A DNA stretch of 64,000 nt from Acidobacteriota bacterium (GTDB taxonomy: Bacteria > Acidobacteriota > UBA6911 > RPQK01 > JAJDTT01), in contig CBDCOR010000029.1 of the NCBI GenBank assembly GCA_965219855.1, forward strand, positions 28,886 to 92,885. The letters run 5' to 3'. Below are positions 37,150-47,198 of the stretch, one piece after another. The position numbers and the translations under genes were made by a program. Below the pieces are notes generated by a model. That model had not been told where the DNA came from, did not search any database, and worked only from the letters and a program-made list of their open reading frames with translations. Every line of letters starts with the position of its first letter. The first letter of the stretch is position 1.

Positions 37150-37934
37150 AAAGCTTGGTCCCAGCCAAGAAGGGGTACTCTCTGAAGCAGCAGGTAGCTC
37201 TGGGTCGGCTCCAACTCAAACAGCTGGAGCGGGAGCTCGAAGTGGCTCAGGAACAGCACGATGTAGCGATTGAGACACTCTTGGCCGATCAGGGCAGAAC
37301 CCTCTCTCGGTTGGCCTCGGCGCTGAGTCACGAGCTGAACAGCCCGCTCGCGGCTCTGATGTCGTCGCTTCAGACGATCAGTACGGTGGTTGAAAAGGGG
37401 AAAGGCGAAGTCCCGCATGAGCCCGGGAAACTCGATACAGTTCGGTCTACGCTGTGCCAGAACGCTCTCTTGGCTGGAGAACGTATCCGGCAGATCGTTC
37501 GCCGCATCCAGCGCTTCGCGGGCTCTGGGAGTGGCCAAGCCCGACCGGCCGACCTCAATGCGCTACTCCAGGATGTGGTGGACATTGTGATTGCGTAGAC
37601 GCGTGGAAGAGTCTCGATTGAAGTCGTCTGCGAGCCGCTGCCCCAGGTCGTGATCCGACGCCAACAGATCAGCAGGGTCTTGATGGATGTTCTGCAGAAC
37701 GCAGTAGACTCGGTAGGCCAGGATGGCTGGGTGCGAATTACCACGCGAAGGGGCGGCTCTCATCTGGAGGTCATCGTTGAGGACAATGGCTGCGGTCTGG
37801 CTGCCGAAGATCTTACCGGTGTTCTCGATCCCTGCTTCAAGGTCAACAACGGTCAGGTTGTCACGGGAAACTGGAGTCTGTTCGGTTCACGCCAGGTCAT
37901 GACCAGACACGGTGGTGATATTCGTGTCGAGAGC
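37150..37934 (+). pseudogene. histidine kinase remnant (no sensor domain, in-frame TAG, truncated 3' end)
   Basis: HisKA H-box LASALSHELNSPLAAL, then HATPase_c N-box (LMDVLQNAVDS) and G1 (VEDNGCGL). The two ORFs (36963-37598 and 37650-38171) are in the same frame, separated by the TAG at 37596-37598. Homology ends after GGDIRVES. Confidence 0.7.
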
Positions 37935-38171
37935 CTGCTTGGCGTCCCGGGACCACGTCCCCTGAAAAACGGGCAGCTTCATCTGGGAAACGTTTTGCAG
38001 TGTTCCCTCCGAAAGGTCCATCACCCACAGATCTTCGCTGCCACTCCGGTCCGAGGTGAACGCGAATCGCCGCCCGTCCGGGCTGAAACGGGGGAACTGA
38101 TTCCAGGACCTACCCTGCGTCAGGGCGGTCGCTTCTCCACCAACGATTGGCATCCGATAGAGGTGGCCTAG
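37887..38171 (-). pseudogene. TolB-like (PD40 repeat) protein fragment
   Basis: LYRMPIVGGEATALTQGRSWNQFPRFSPDGRRFAFTSDRSGSEDLWVMDL is a PD40/WD40-like beta-propeller repeat. There is no N-terminus, it is interrupted by IS1380 copy 2, and a stop follows upstream after virtual excision. Confidence 0.5.
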
Positions 38172-40041
38172 CCCCAAAATAAGCGCAAGTTCGAAAATAG
38201 ACCCCTTTGTCGGCTCCGAGGAGCCATTTTGGAGACCTAAATTCTAAATTTCGGCGCGAAGTCACTCAGAACAGGCACGTGTTCAGCTGTCCTCCACGCC
38301 GATCGCTCAGGGAAAACGATTCTGCCCTCTTGGGGGGCGTTTGTAGAGACACCTCGCCCCAGCTCTGGCGACCCTCGGAGCTACTTTATCTCCTTTCAGT
38401 TTCAGGTAGCTGGCCGGTGTTTCAACCACTTACTGCCTTCCAAGAGAAGACGGCTCCAACCATTGACATCCAGCAGCCGATAGACCAACTGTCGGCCCCT
38501 GCGCAAAATCTGGCAGGGCATTTCAATGACCTCTCGCAGGAAACGGCGATACTCCATCTTCACCAGCTCTCGGGCTTGCAGTCGCGCCGGCAGCACCAAC
38601 CCCATCCAGGCCTTCAGATTCCAGGCTTGAGCCGCAATCACCAGATAGGCCCAGTTGGCTACCAGCGTATCCGAGGGCATCCGCAGGGCCTCGACTCCGT
38701 TCTTGAGTTGTTCAATGACGTTCTCCTGGTTGCAGCGCCGGTTGTTTTCCCGTACGACTCCCGCCGTTCCCAACGTTCTGGCCGAGATATTGGTGACATA
38801 AAAGTGGTAGCGCGTCTGCGGCAGCCGCCGCTTCTGGCCTTTCTCGACCAGGATCGTCTTGCGCAAGATCACCATCCGATAGGTTCGCTTCGCTTTGCTC
38901 GGACGGTAGTCGATCTCCGCGATCTCTTCCCGTTCCAGCGTCAGCGTCTTGAACCCGCGTCTCTTGACAATCTCCGGCTTCACTTTGTCCCGCCGCTGGC
39001 GCCGCTTCTTCCCTTTTCCTTTCCCCTGGCTGGGGCGCCCCAGCTCTTTCCATCTCGCTTCTGGCAACGCCTCCGCCCACTTGACGAAGCTCGGATGGGC
39101 GTCGATCCCGAAGTCAAACTCCACGCCCGCCTCCGTCCAACGGTCAAAATGAGCCGTCAGCGAAAAATCCGTATCCCCGCGCAGGCGCACCTTCCGAAAA
39201 CCCGCCTCTCGAACCAGCTCGATACTCCGATCCAGCCATTCGGCCGCTCCCTCATGAGAGGGACGGTTGCCCGAGCGGTTGACCGCATAGAGCACCTCTC
39301 CCGTATTGGCCAGCGTCACGATCAGCGGCGCATAGCCCCACTGCCCGTCGTAGCTGATCTCCATCCCTTCCTTGCATTCGCCGCTCGTGGGGGCCATCGT
39401 CCCATCCACGTCGATCTCCGCCCGTTGGAAGAAACGGGCCGGTTGTTGGGCCCAGACCTTGAGGCGGCTGGCATTGACGGCTTCCATCAGATCCACCACG
39501 TCGGGCGCGTCAAAGCGGCGCACAAAGTCTCCGGCCGTGCTGGGGGCGGGGATCTTCTCGGCTCCCACCGCCTCCAGGAAACTCACACTCTGACGTCGCA
39601 GTTCAATATCCTGATAGCGGGTCCCGCCCGTGGCCACGTTGTAGATCAGGCTCAGGACGTGGTCCGATTCGTGGTACGGTTGGTGGCGTTTGAGTAGCGT
39701 CACCGCCTGGTCAATGGCTTTCCCCAGCCCACTCCACTTCACCACCTGCTGCAGCAGCCCCAGACCACCGTAACTGACCGCACCCGTTTTCTCCGAGACC
39801 TCGTAGCTGATGACCTCGGGCGAGAGCACCGGTTTCGGGTCTTGACCGTTCCAGCTGGGGCTCAATCGCTGAGCAACCTCTGCTTCCCGTTTGCGGATGA
39901 TTGCGCTATCCTTTTTCTTCACCTGAAATGCCTCCTTTCGGCTTGTTCTGAAGTTTCTTTGACAACTCCAGAATACCCGTCAGGTCTGGCATTTCAGGTG
40001 TTTACATGTGGTTTAGTCCACTTTCATCTACTTCTTTTGGG
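38172..40041 (-). mobile_element. IS1380-family insertion sequence, copy 2
   Basis: 1870 bp with the same geometry as copies 1 and 3. The flanks are CCTAG (38167-38171) and TCTAG (40042-40046), so only the CTAG core is duplicated. Confidence 0.9.
38402..39922 (-). CDS. IS1380-family DDE transposase
   Basis: 506 aa, differing from copy 1 at 2 residues in the ORF track. Confidence 0.88.
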   Translation of the reverse strand: MKKKDSAIIRKREAEVAQRLSPSWNGQDPKPVLSPEVISYEVSEKTGAVSYGGLGLLQQVVKWSGLGKAIDQAVTLLKRHQPYHESDHVLSLIYNVATGGTRYQDIELRRQSVSFLEAVGAEKIPAPSTAGDFVRRFDAPDVVDLMEAVNASRLKVWAQQPARFFQRAEIDVDGTMAPTSGECKEGMEISYDGQWGYAPLIVTLANTGEVLYAVNRSGNRPSHEGAAEWLDRSIELVREAGFRKVRLRGDTDFSLTAHFDRWTEAGVEFDFGIDAHPSFVKWAEALPEARWKELGRPSQGKGKGKKRRQRRDKVKPEIVKRRGFKTLTLEREEIAEIDYRPSKAKRTYRMVILRKTILVEKGQKRRLPQTRYHFYVTNISARTLGTAGVVRENNRRCNQENVIEQLKNGVEALRMPSDTLVANWAYLVIAAQAWNLKAWMGLVLPARLQARELVKMEYRRFLREVIEMPCQILRRGRQLVYRLLDVNGWSRLLLEGSKWLKHRPAT

Positions 40042-40565
40042 TCTAGTACAGTTGTGCGGAGGTTTCGAGACCAAAATGAATCCTAGCCCGTCGAAACCGG
40101 AGACGTGTGCCTTGCGATTACGGAGAGCGAAGAGAGTGGCTCTACCTCGACGCCCTCTTCTACCTTGGAGTGGGAACGATCACCTTGAGCTCAACCTTGA
40201 TAGTCGTCGATCCTGCAGCGAGCTTGGGGCGGCTGACCCCGAGAGAACCATGGCTCTGCTCAACGACGGAAGAGCCCGGTTAGCGGACACACGGGGGCTC
40301 TGAGGCTGCGAGGAGGCTTTTGGTTTTGAGATTTAGACCCAGGCGAAAGGCGGCGGGTGGGCGCTCTTTCGCCAGAGCCGGTCGATTTGAAGCTGCTTCC
40401 AGGTGGCGGCCGTGACTTTCAGCAGGATCCGGCCGGCAATGGCGCACGATTTTCCCTGTCCCGTCGACGATCCGCCGGCGTAAGGTGGTGGGGTAGCAGT
40501 TGAGCGGCACCACCGGGTGGCACACATCTTCCTTGAAACACTCGTAAAGGAAAAAGGCCATGCGG

Positions 40566-40678
40566 TAGTTCATTCGACGTTTTCGGGGAAGATTCTGAAT
40601 GACCGCTTCTAGGCGAAAGCGGTCGTTCGATTGCGATCAAATCGGACGCTGTCTGTGAGATCGGGTGCCGACTATCAC
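40566..40678. repeat. about 110-bp repeat with GACCGCTT-n8-AAGCGGTC hairpin, copy 1
   Basis: It aligns with 43664-43773 (..TAGTTCAYTCGACGTT..CCGCTTYTAGGCGAAAGCGGTCGTTCGATTGCGATCARATCGGACGCTGT..GATCGGGTGCCGACTATCAC). Confidence 0.75.
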
Positions 40679-40996
40679 AAGTAGAGAGACCCGCGATCGA
40701 AAGGGGATACCACGGAGATGCTTCTTCCAGGCGGTAGGGGCCGTCGTTGCCACCTGGCCCTCAGCTCCTCCAGGTCGGCCCGGAGAGTCTTGATCTGAGC
40801 ATCCTTCGCCCGGACCATCTGGTAGAGCGCCTTAATCGCCGCCAAGGCGACCCGTCGCCGTCGTGAGAGGAGATGCGCCTAGCTGGCCCCTTTTCGGGCC
40901 ATCATTCTGGGCCGTTGATGGGGGTGTCGAGATGATCGGCGGTCTTCCCTGCCCAGCCATCCAGGCCTTGAGATCCCTTGGTTCAGCCCGGAAGCT

Positions 40997-43123
40997 CTAT
41001 TCGAGAGGTTGTCCAGGAATGTTCACGATGAATCCCTGACTGTCCTGGGTGACGGCCATAGCTCCGACATCCTCTTGACATTCCAGCTGGAAGCCCCCGT
41101 TGAAATCCGAAAGGCTCCCCCCACCAGGAAATTGGAGATTCAGTTCGGTCAAAAACCTTGCCACCTGGCCCAGACCTGGCACGGCAAAAGAGGAAGTGGC
41201 CAACAGATCACCTCCCGGCTGGAAAATGCGAGCCGTACAATCCACACTCTCATTGAACGGATTGCTCACTGCCAACCCGGTATTCTTATCGCTGGCGACC
41301 TTACCACTGAATCCCCATCTTCGACTCAGGATCGACTGGGGGACTCCCACCTCTGGCAGAGTGGTGGCTCCCACGCTGAACTGGAAAGTCCCGATTGCTG
41401 TCGCACCTCCACCTGAAGAGGCCACCTGTCCCCATGTTGGCTGAAGGGGATCACCCTTGGTGCCAGGCTTCACTAAAGCTGTCCCGCTTTCAGGGATCAG
41501 AAACTCGTGAGTCTCCAGCAGATTTCCTTGCTGGCTGAACACGCGGAAAGTGACCCGGTCATCCCCACCGCCATGATTGGTGATCTTGACCTCCGTCTCC
41601 GGAAGGACCAATTGGCTGAGCGAGCCCAGCACGTCGGTATTCACCGTGTAGATGCCAACTGGCTCCCCGTCATCGATACCTTCAAGAAGTTTCTCTGGAA
41701 AGTCCGAGTGTTTGCTGGATCGAGCGTCTTGTGTCTGAATGAATTCTGTGGCGAGCTGTTGAAAGCCTGCAATAACCTCACATCTACTTCGACGAAAGAT
41801 AATAGGTTCTTCATCCTCCAGGCTTGCAAAACCGTAAAGAACCCTGGCCTTCACCTTAAGGTCCTCAATTTCACCAGAACGAAGGATGTGAACACTATTC
41901 GGAGTTAGAACACCCAAGAGGCTTTGATCAGTTCCAGGAGGGATAACGGTGATGTCGAATTTAACGACATTGGGTTGAAGACCGGAAGCATAAGCCCCCT
42001 TCATTGTGGAGCACTCGTTCTCCTCCGGGTTGAGCTGGACCAGGTTCCATAGCATCCGATTGTTCCGCAACAAAGGTGTGCAGAGGCCACCGACGAATTC
42101 CGAATCGGGACCTGCACACTCGACCGTCTCTGTCTCCTTTCCGTTGGAAGAGTCGAAGGAGGAAGGATTCTCTTCTCGAAAGCAGATCGTTGCCTTGGGA
42201 GTCAACTGGCCGGTGAGCTGAGTCTCGCCAGCAGATAAAGCGGCGAAGGCGTTCTCTACATCGCTAATGAACCACCCACTGGTCACGACCTCGGTGTTTG
42301 TTGAGCGGTATTGAACGATCCCCCCTACTCCAAGTCCGCCGTTGGAGTTTCTGAAAAAGGCGACCGTGGCGTTATGTCCACCGAAGAGGGCCCCGAGGAA
42401 GTCCTGAAAATCCAGGGTGAAAGAAACCCGTTGACTCCCCAGGCTCAGGACTCCCCCATAATGAAAGGTTCTGGAGTTGTAGAATAGACTGGCGGTAGCA
42501 AGTTCTCCGACGACCACCTTACCATCTCTGACCGCCCACTTTGCATCAAAGTCGGACGAGAAGGCGTCCTGGGTAACGACGATCTCATCTGTGAACGCAC
42601 CACCCTTGGGGTCGTAACTGAACTGAATCCCCTCGGTCTGGCCATTGGTTCGGCGGACGGCAGTTCCCATGTAGCTGTCGTCAGCGGTGCGAAATACTCT
42701 GGAGATTGAGAACGTGTTTGCAAGCTCCGCCACCTGCTGGACCTCGATTTGCCCGGTAGCGGGATCGACGAGCGTCAGGAAGAACGTCGTCTGGCCGACT
42801 CCGCCCTGGAGTAAGGCGGCTGCGATCCGAGCAGTCGAAGATTCTTCGCCCACTGACAGTCCGGGCCAGAATGGGCTGTGGACCCCTTGAGCCTCTACGG
42901 CATCGACTACAGGTAGTTGAATCCAGGGATGGACTCCAGGTGGAAAGACCTCTGGAAGGGGTACTCCAGATCCAGGTTGTGCCTGTCCTCGGTTCTCGCT
43001 CTCAGCAAGGGCGATGAGGCTGCAGAAGAGCGGCACCACCGCCGCCAGACCATTATCGAGGCTTGTAAAGAAGACTCCAAGCACTTCATCTCTGTGGCCT
43101 CCTCCTCTTCTGATAGAGAGTTG
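40997..43123 (-). CDS. secreted protein of unknown function (about 709 aa)
   Basis: The long ORF has a GTG at 43123 preceded by AGGAGGAGG and a hydrophobic N-terminus ([26 protein letters not shown]). The C-terminal roughly 120 aa ([46 protein letters not shown]) resembles a beta-sandwich module common at the end of uncharacterised secreted proteins. The start is uncertain. Confidence 0.6.
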   Translation of the reverse strand, partial: QLSIRRGGGHRDEVLGVFFTSLDNGLAAVVPLFCSLIALAESENRGQAQPGSGVPLPEVFPPGVHPWIQLPVVDAVEAQGVHSPFWPGLSVGEESSTARIAAALLQGGVGQTTFFLTLVDPATGQIEVQQVAELANTFSISRVFRTADDSYMGTAVRRTNGQTEGIQFSYDPKGGAFTDEIVVTQDAFSSDFDAKWAVRDGKVVVGELATASLFYNSRTFHYGGVLSLGSQRVSFTLDFQDFLGALFGGHNATVAFFRNSNGGLGVGGIVQYRSTNTEVVTSGWFISDVENAFAALSAGETQLTGQLTPKATICFREENPSSFDSSNGKETETVECAGPDSEFVGGLCTPLLRNNRMLWNLVQLNPEENECSTMKGAYASGLQPNVVKFDITVIPPGTDQSLLGVLTPNSVHILRSGEIEDLKVKARVLYGFASLEDEEPIIFRRSRCEVIAGFQQLATEFIQTQDARSSKHSDFPEKLLEGIDDGEPVGIYTVNTDVLGSLSQLVLPETEVKITNHGGGDDRVTFRVFSQQGNLLETHEFLIPESGTALVKPGTKGDPLQPTWGQVASSGGGATAIGTFQFSVGATTLPEVGVPQSILSRRWGFSGKVASDKNTGLAVSNPFNESVDCTARIFQPGGDLLATSSFAVPGLGQVARFLTELNLQFPGGGSLSDFNGGFQLECQEDVGAMAVTQDSQGFIVNIPGQPLE

Positions 43124-43312
43124 TACAAGTTGGGAAGGCTGGTTACCTCTGTTGGAGCCTACTGTAGCAATTGGTGATATCCCCAGCACTTCAGCTCGGG
43201 CTTCCAGCGGTCGCGTTCCGTGGTTTTCCCTCCCAAAGCCTCTGTCAGGACGATCTCTTCTCATGGATCGTGTCACGGTTATACAAGGTCCCATCCCAGC
43301 GAACGCCGGATA

Positions 43313-43441
43313 GAAATCAGGCAGGATCTTCAGCGCCACCTCTCGGCCCAAACGGGTATCCGTGTCTTGGTAGACAACGCCCATGCCGCCTTCGCCGAGC
43401 TTTGAAGTGATCTTGTGGTGGGAGATGGTTTGGCCTATCAA
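43313..43441 (-). pseudogene. Ser/Thr protein kinase 5' fragment (first about 43 codons) fused in frame to the downstream ORF
   Basis: [41 protein letters not shown] parallels the N-terminus of the kinase at 46226. Kinase homology stops after the VALK lysine motif. Confidence 0.75.
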
Positions 43442-43663
43442 CGGGCCCTCCAGAGCGGCAGAGAACTCTATCTACCGAATACTAGTGCCTTGGGTCTGGA
43501 AGGGCAATCTCAGACGGAAAAACATCAGACGGAAAGATTGAGCTTCAACGACGGTTACGATACCCGCAGGCTCCAAGCACTTGGACGTATGACGCCCTAC
43601 CTGGAAACTGACAGCTCCTTTCGAAGCGCCCAAAATAGAACGTCGGCTCCTGGTCCTTTGCGA

Positions 43664-43773
43664 TAGTTCACTCGACGTTCGGTGGAAACCTGAATGTCCG
43701 CTTTTAGGCGAAAGCGGTCGTTCGATTGCGATCAGATCGGACGCTGTTTGTTAGATCGGGTGCCGACTATCAC
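43664..43773. repeat. about 110-bp repeat, copy 2
   Basis: See 40566-40678. Confidence 0.75.
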
Positions 43774-44197
43774 GACTCAGCGGAACAACCCCGAAGTCGA
43801 CAGGAACCCTCAATCTCAATGTAAAGCCGGTCACTTCCTCGTCTCTCCCGCCATCACCCTTTCGAGGGGGGTGGAGGGCTTACCGCCGAAGCCTCCCCCA
43901 GACCGCCGTTTTCGGAACACCAAGTGTTCCGCTATGTTTCGTTAAGCTCCCCAGCTGGGTTCGGTCTCGGCGCCTTGCGGACCGGGCATTTGCCGAGGGA
44001 GCTCATTCTTGTCTGGGAACCGGAACACTCGCGGAAACTCGTGAGATGTGCGTGCTGCTAGTCTCACCAAGCTGAGGAGACAGTGGAGACTGTGCTGCTG
44101 TCCGCTCTCCTCGGTACTACCGTTTGTGTTGCTGGCAATTTCGGGCCGTTCGCGGCACTGTTTTGCCTGACTCGGAGTAGCTCACTGGGTGGACGAT

Positions 44198-44368
44198 CTA
44201 CCTGGGACCGCCAAAGCCTCTGCCACCAGACCTCACTTCCTGCAGGTCCAAATAACCGTCCTCATTCCGGTCCATCTGATCGAAGCGCCTGAGAAGAGGC
44301 TCCGGGGCTTCGTCCCGGTTGATCTTGCCGTCTCCATCCGAGTCCATCCGCTGGAACCTCTCAGCCAT
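44198..44368 (-). CDS. EF-hand pair protein (56 aa; possibly a 5'-truncated remnant)
   Basis: Two canonical Ca-binding loops (DSDGDGKINRDE and DRNEDGYLDLQE) and an ATG with GGAGGGAG upstream. The longer ORF upstream shows no signal peptide. Confidence 0.45.
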   Translation of the reverse strand: MAERFQRMDSDGDGKINRDEAPEPLLRRFDQMDRNEDGYLDLQEVRSGGRGFGGPR

Positions 44369-44595
44369 TCTCCCTCCGGGTCCCCCTGCGTGAATATGGA
44401 CAGGATCCCGCTCTTTTTGATTCAGCCCTGCCAAATCAAATAATGTTGGGGTTTGCACGGCAAAACAGAATCCGGATGCTTGATCTACTGCCCACGTTAA
44501 AGAAGCACACACGTTCTGCGCCTATGTATTCTAAAAAGGAGCAGCACTGGACGAAACAGGGCAATGACGTTGTTGCAGTGGGTAACTCGGCTGAC

Positions 44596-44802
44596 CGTCC
44601 GCTACGCTACGACGGCGTGCCGCTGGTGGACATCTCCGTGCACAAGGAGTTCGCCTTCGGGGAGGCGAAAGCCCTGGATTTCCGGGTGGATTTCTTCAAC
44701 GCCTTCAACCACACCGTCTTCGATGCTCCTTTTGGAAACATTGCTTCCGGGGCAGCCGGACGCGTGTTCGGTACAGCCAGTGCCCGCCAGATCCAGTTCG
44801 GT
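44596..44802 (+). pseudogene. TonB-dependent receptor C-terminal fragment
   Basis: ...ALDFRVDFFNAFNHTVFDAPFGNIASGAAGRVFGTASARQIQFG is the terminal beta-strand region of TonB-dependent receptors. The last strand and the whole upstream barrel are missing. Confidence 0.6.
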
Positions 44803-46226
44803 GATCTGCTCCGGCACCCCTCCCTGGGCGGAGACGCGCCACAGACTGCCCATATACTCACAGGCAGCGACTATAGAGCCGTCCGAGGCCCAACTGGCAC
44901 CGAATGGCATCGGGCAGTCGCAGATCGTAGTGGGGGCGCCTCCGTTGACGGGGTACTTCTTGAGTTGGCCGCCTCCGAATCTGGAACCATCCACGGGACG
45001 GGACATGGCTCCCAGCCACTGTCCATCCGGCGAGAAAAAGGCATCCAGGCGATGTCGTTGGACAGGCGAACCGGATCCCACCGATCCAGGGATCGAAGGT
45101 AGAGGTGTGGTCGGTCTCGACGAGTAGAGTCAGCCACGAACGCCAGGAGTGAACCGTCAGGGGAGAACGCTACTCCGGTACGGAACTGGTGGTCGAGTAT
45201 TTGACCTTCGCCTGCCGGTATCTCCCAGCGCGACACGGGCTTGTCGGGCGTTGGGGCGTCGGCTTTGATAAACCAGGCGACGACTGCCAGTAGCGGCACC
45301 GCCGCCCAGGGGGCCACTCTCCGCCAGAGAGGCAGAGCCGGTGGGGAAACAAGGGTTTCCTCCGGCGTAATTGCGTCACCAGCCAGACACTCGTCAATCG
45401 TGATACGCGCATCCCCCATATCCCGCAGCCGCATCCTGGGGTCTTTCCGCAGACATCGCTCCAGCAGCTCGCGGATCTTCCAGGGTGTGCTCTGGGGGAG
45501 GTCGTTCAGACTCGGTTTCTGGTGAATCACCGCGGCCACGGTCTCTGTGAAGCTCTTTCCCGCAAACATCCCCTGGCCGGTCAGCATCTCAAACAGCACC
45601 AAGCCGAAGGACCAGATGTCGGTCCGCTTGTCCACCTCCCGTCCCCGAGCCTGTTCCGGACTCATGTAGGCCGCCGTCCCCAGGACGACCCCCTCCCGAG
45701 TGGCTTCCAGCGTCAGCGTGGGGGAGTTCGCCAGTTCCTGCTGCGAAACCTCGGTCTCCAGCGCCTTGGCGAGACCGAAATCCAGGACCTTGACCGTCCC
45801 TTCCGGCGTAATCTTCACGTTGGCCGGTTTCAGATCCCGGTGAATGATTCGGTTCTCATGAGCTGCCTCCAGAGCCTGCGCAATCTGCAGGGCCATCTGG
45901 AGACTCTCCTCCACCGGGATTGGCCCCAGCGCGATCCTCTCGGCCAACGTCGGACCCTCGACCAGTTCCAGTACGAGAGCCCGAACACCATCCGCTTCCT
46001 CCAGTCCATGGATGATGCTGATGTGGGGATAATTGAGAGAAGCCAACACTTCTGCTTCCCTCTGAAAGCGACCCATTCTCTGGCGATCCTGGACGAACTT
46101 CTCGGGAAGGATCTTCAGCGCCACCTCCCGTCCCAGGCGGGTATCCGTGGCCTGATAGACCACGCCCATACCGCCTTCACCGAGTTTCTCCAGGATGCGA
46201 TAGTGAGAGATGGTTTGGCCGATCAA
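44791..46226 (-). pseudogene. Ser/Thr protein kinase with TM helix and TolB-like C-terminal domain, frameshifted and 3'-truncated
   Basis: The kinase domain is intact ([31 protein letters not shown]). After ...LYLRSLDRWDPVRL the homology continues in another frame (DAFFSPDGQWLG...GASWASDGSIV..LWRVSAQGGVPEQITELD) and then stops at about 44791. Confidence 0.85.
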
Positions 46227-46646
46227 CGGAATCTCCAGGATACAGGGGAGCCTATCTATCGAATACTAGAGCCTCGGGTCAGGAAGGGCAATCTCTGAGG
46301 ATGCCGTATATGTGAATCTTGGGGGAAAAGAGCAATTAAGCTCACAGATTCTCAGTCTCCATCGTTAGTAGCTGCAATGGACCACTGGAAGGAACCCTTG
46401 GACCTAGAAATCCGCGACACCATCATCTGGTCGGGCGAAGGGATGCGAATCCGTAACGACGAGGAAGGCATGATCCTTATCTCGCCTGGGATGAAAGCGA
46501 TTGTGGGGCTTCTGACGAAGTCGAATCTGGTGGGAGTCGGGTGAATCGGGTCTGACCGGCCTCCCTGCCCCTTTGGACATCACAGGCTGTGAGCTCCAAC
46601 GGTGGATTGGCGATCGCAATTTGCGATTTCCAAGGTCAGGCGTCCC

Positions 46647-46871
46647 CTACCCAAGCAGTTCAAAGTAGCGGTCCCGGCTCATGCCCGAGGTCCGCAACAG
46701 GTTCTTGATGATGAAGACCGGCACCGGGTTGTACATGGGAATCACCACGGGACGCTTGACTGCTGGCTTGGTATAGATCAGGTGATCGCCCTTCTGGCGA
46801 TTGAAGGTGAAGCCGTCTTTCTCAAACACCCGAACCAGGTTCCGGTAATGGGTCGGGGCAATCCGCGGCAT
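46647..46871 (-). CDS. hicA: HicA-family (YcfA-like) toxin
   Basis: 74 aa. NLVRVFEKDGFTFNRQKGDHLIY...VVIPMY fits the HicA dsRBD-like fold with the catalytic His context. Confidence 0.82.
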   Translation of the reverse strand: MPRIAPTHYRNLVRVFEKDGFTFNRQKGDHLIYTKPAVKRPVVIPMYNPVPVFIIKNLLRTSGMSRDRYFELLG

Positions 46872-47162
46872 TCACTTGAGGCTCACGGTTACGTGATCAA
46901 GTGAAACGAACTTTTTGAGCGGCCGCCAGGTGCCCGCAGCCCGCTCAAAGCCGGCCTCCTCGAGGATCTCCCCGAGCGTGTCCATTTTCTCACTCGTTTC
47001 TAGAAAGCCCTCGATGGCGTCGCGGATGTTCCGACGGGCTTCCTCTGGAGTATCACCGCAGCTGGAGAGGTCGAGCTCGGGCACGTAGGCAATATAAACC
47101 TCCCCCTCTTGGAAGAGGTGGGCAGTGAAGGGAAGGTCTTTGATGGAATAGGACTGTGTCAT
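46872..47162 (-). CDS. hicB: HicB-like (UPF0150) antitoxin
   Basis: 96 aa. FTAHLFQEGEVYIAYVPELDLSSCGDTPEEARRNIRDAIEGFLE is the typical HicB N-domain. Its stop abuts the hicA start. Confidence 0.8.
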   Translation of the reverse strand: MTQSYSIKDLPFTAHLFQEGEVYIAYVPELDLSSCGDTPEEARRNIRDAIEGFLETSEKMDTLGEILEEAGFERAAGTWRPLKKFVSLDHVTVSLK

Positions 47163-47198
47163 GTTCTAGTTCAATCGTAGCGGACACCAGGGAATCGG

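Noticed and set aside
36963-37150. The N-terminal 60 codons of the histidine-kinase ORF.
   Set aside because: There is no sensor or TM features, and the segment overlaps opposite-strand ATPase-like scraps. It is likely a fortuitous upstream extension of a 5'-truncated gene.
40280-40573. A possible IS5-family transposase 3' remnant (..CHPVVPLN.. / ..WKQLQIDRLWRKSA..).
   Set aside because: The similarity to the ..PVIP..RN.VE..F..LKQFRRIATRYEK.. block is only vague and is split over two frames. I cannot support it without a database search.
46377-46544. A 55-aa ORF (MDHWKEPLDLEIRDTIIWSGEGMRIRNDEEG...) between the kinase and hicA.
   Set aside because: It has no SD and no recognisable family, and it lies in a decayed region. 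The evidence is insufficient.
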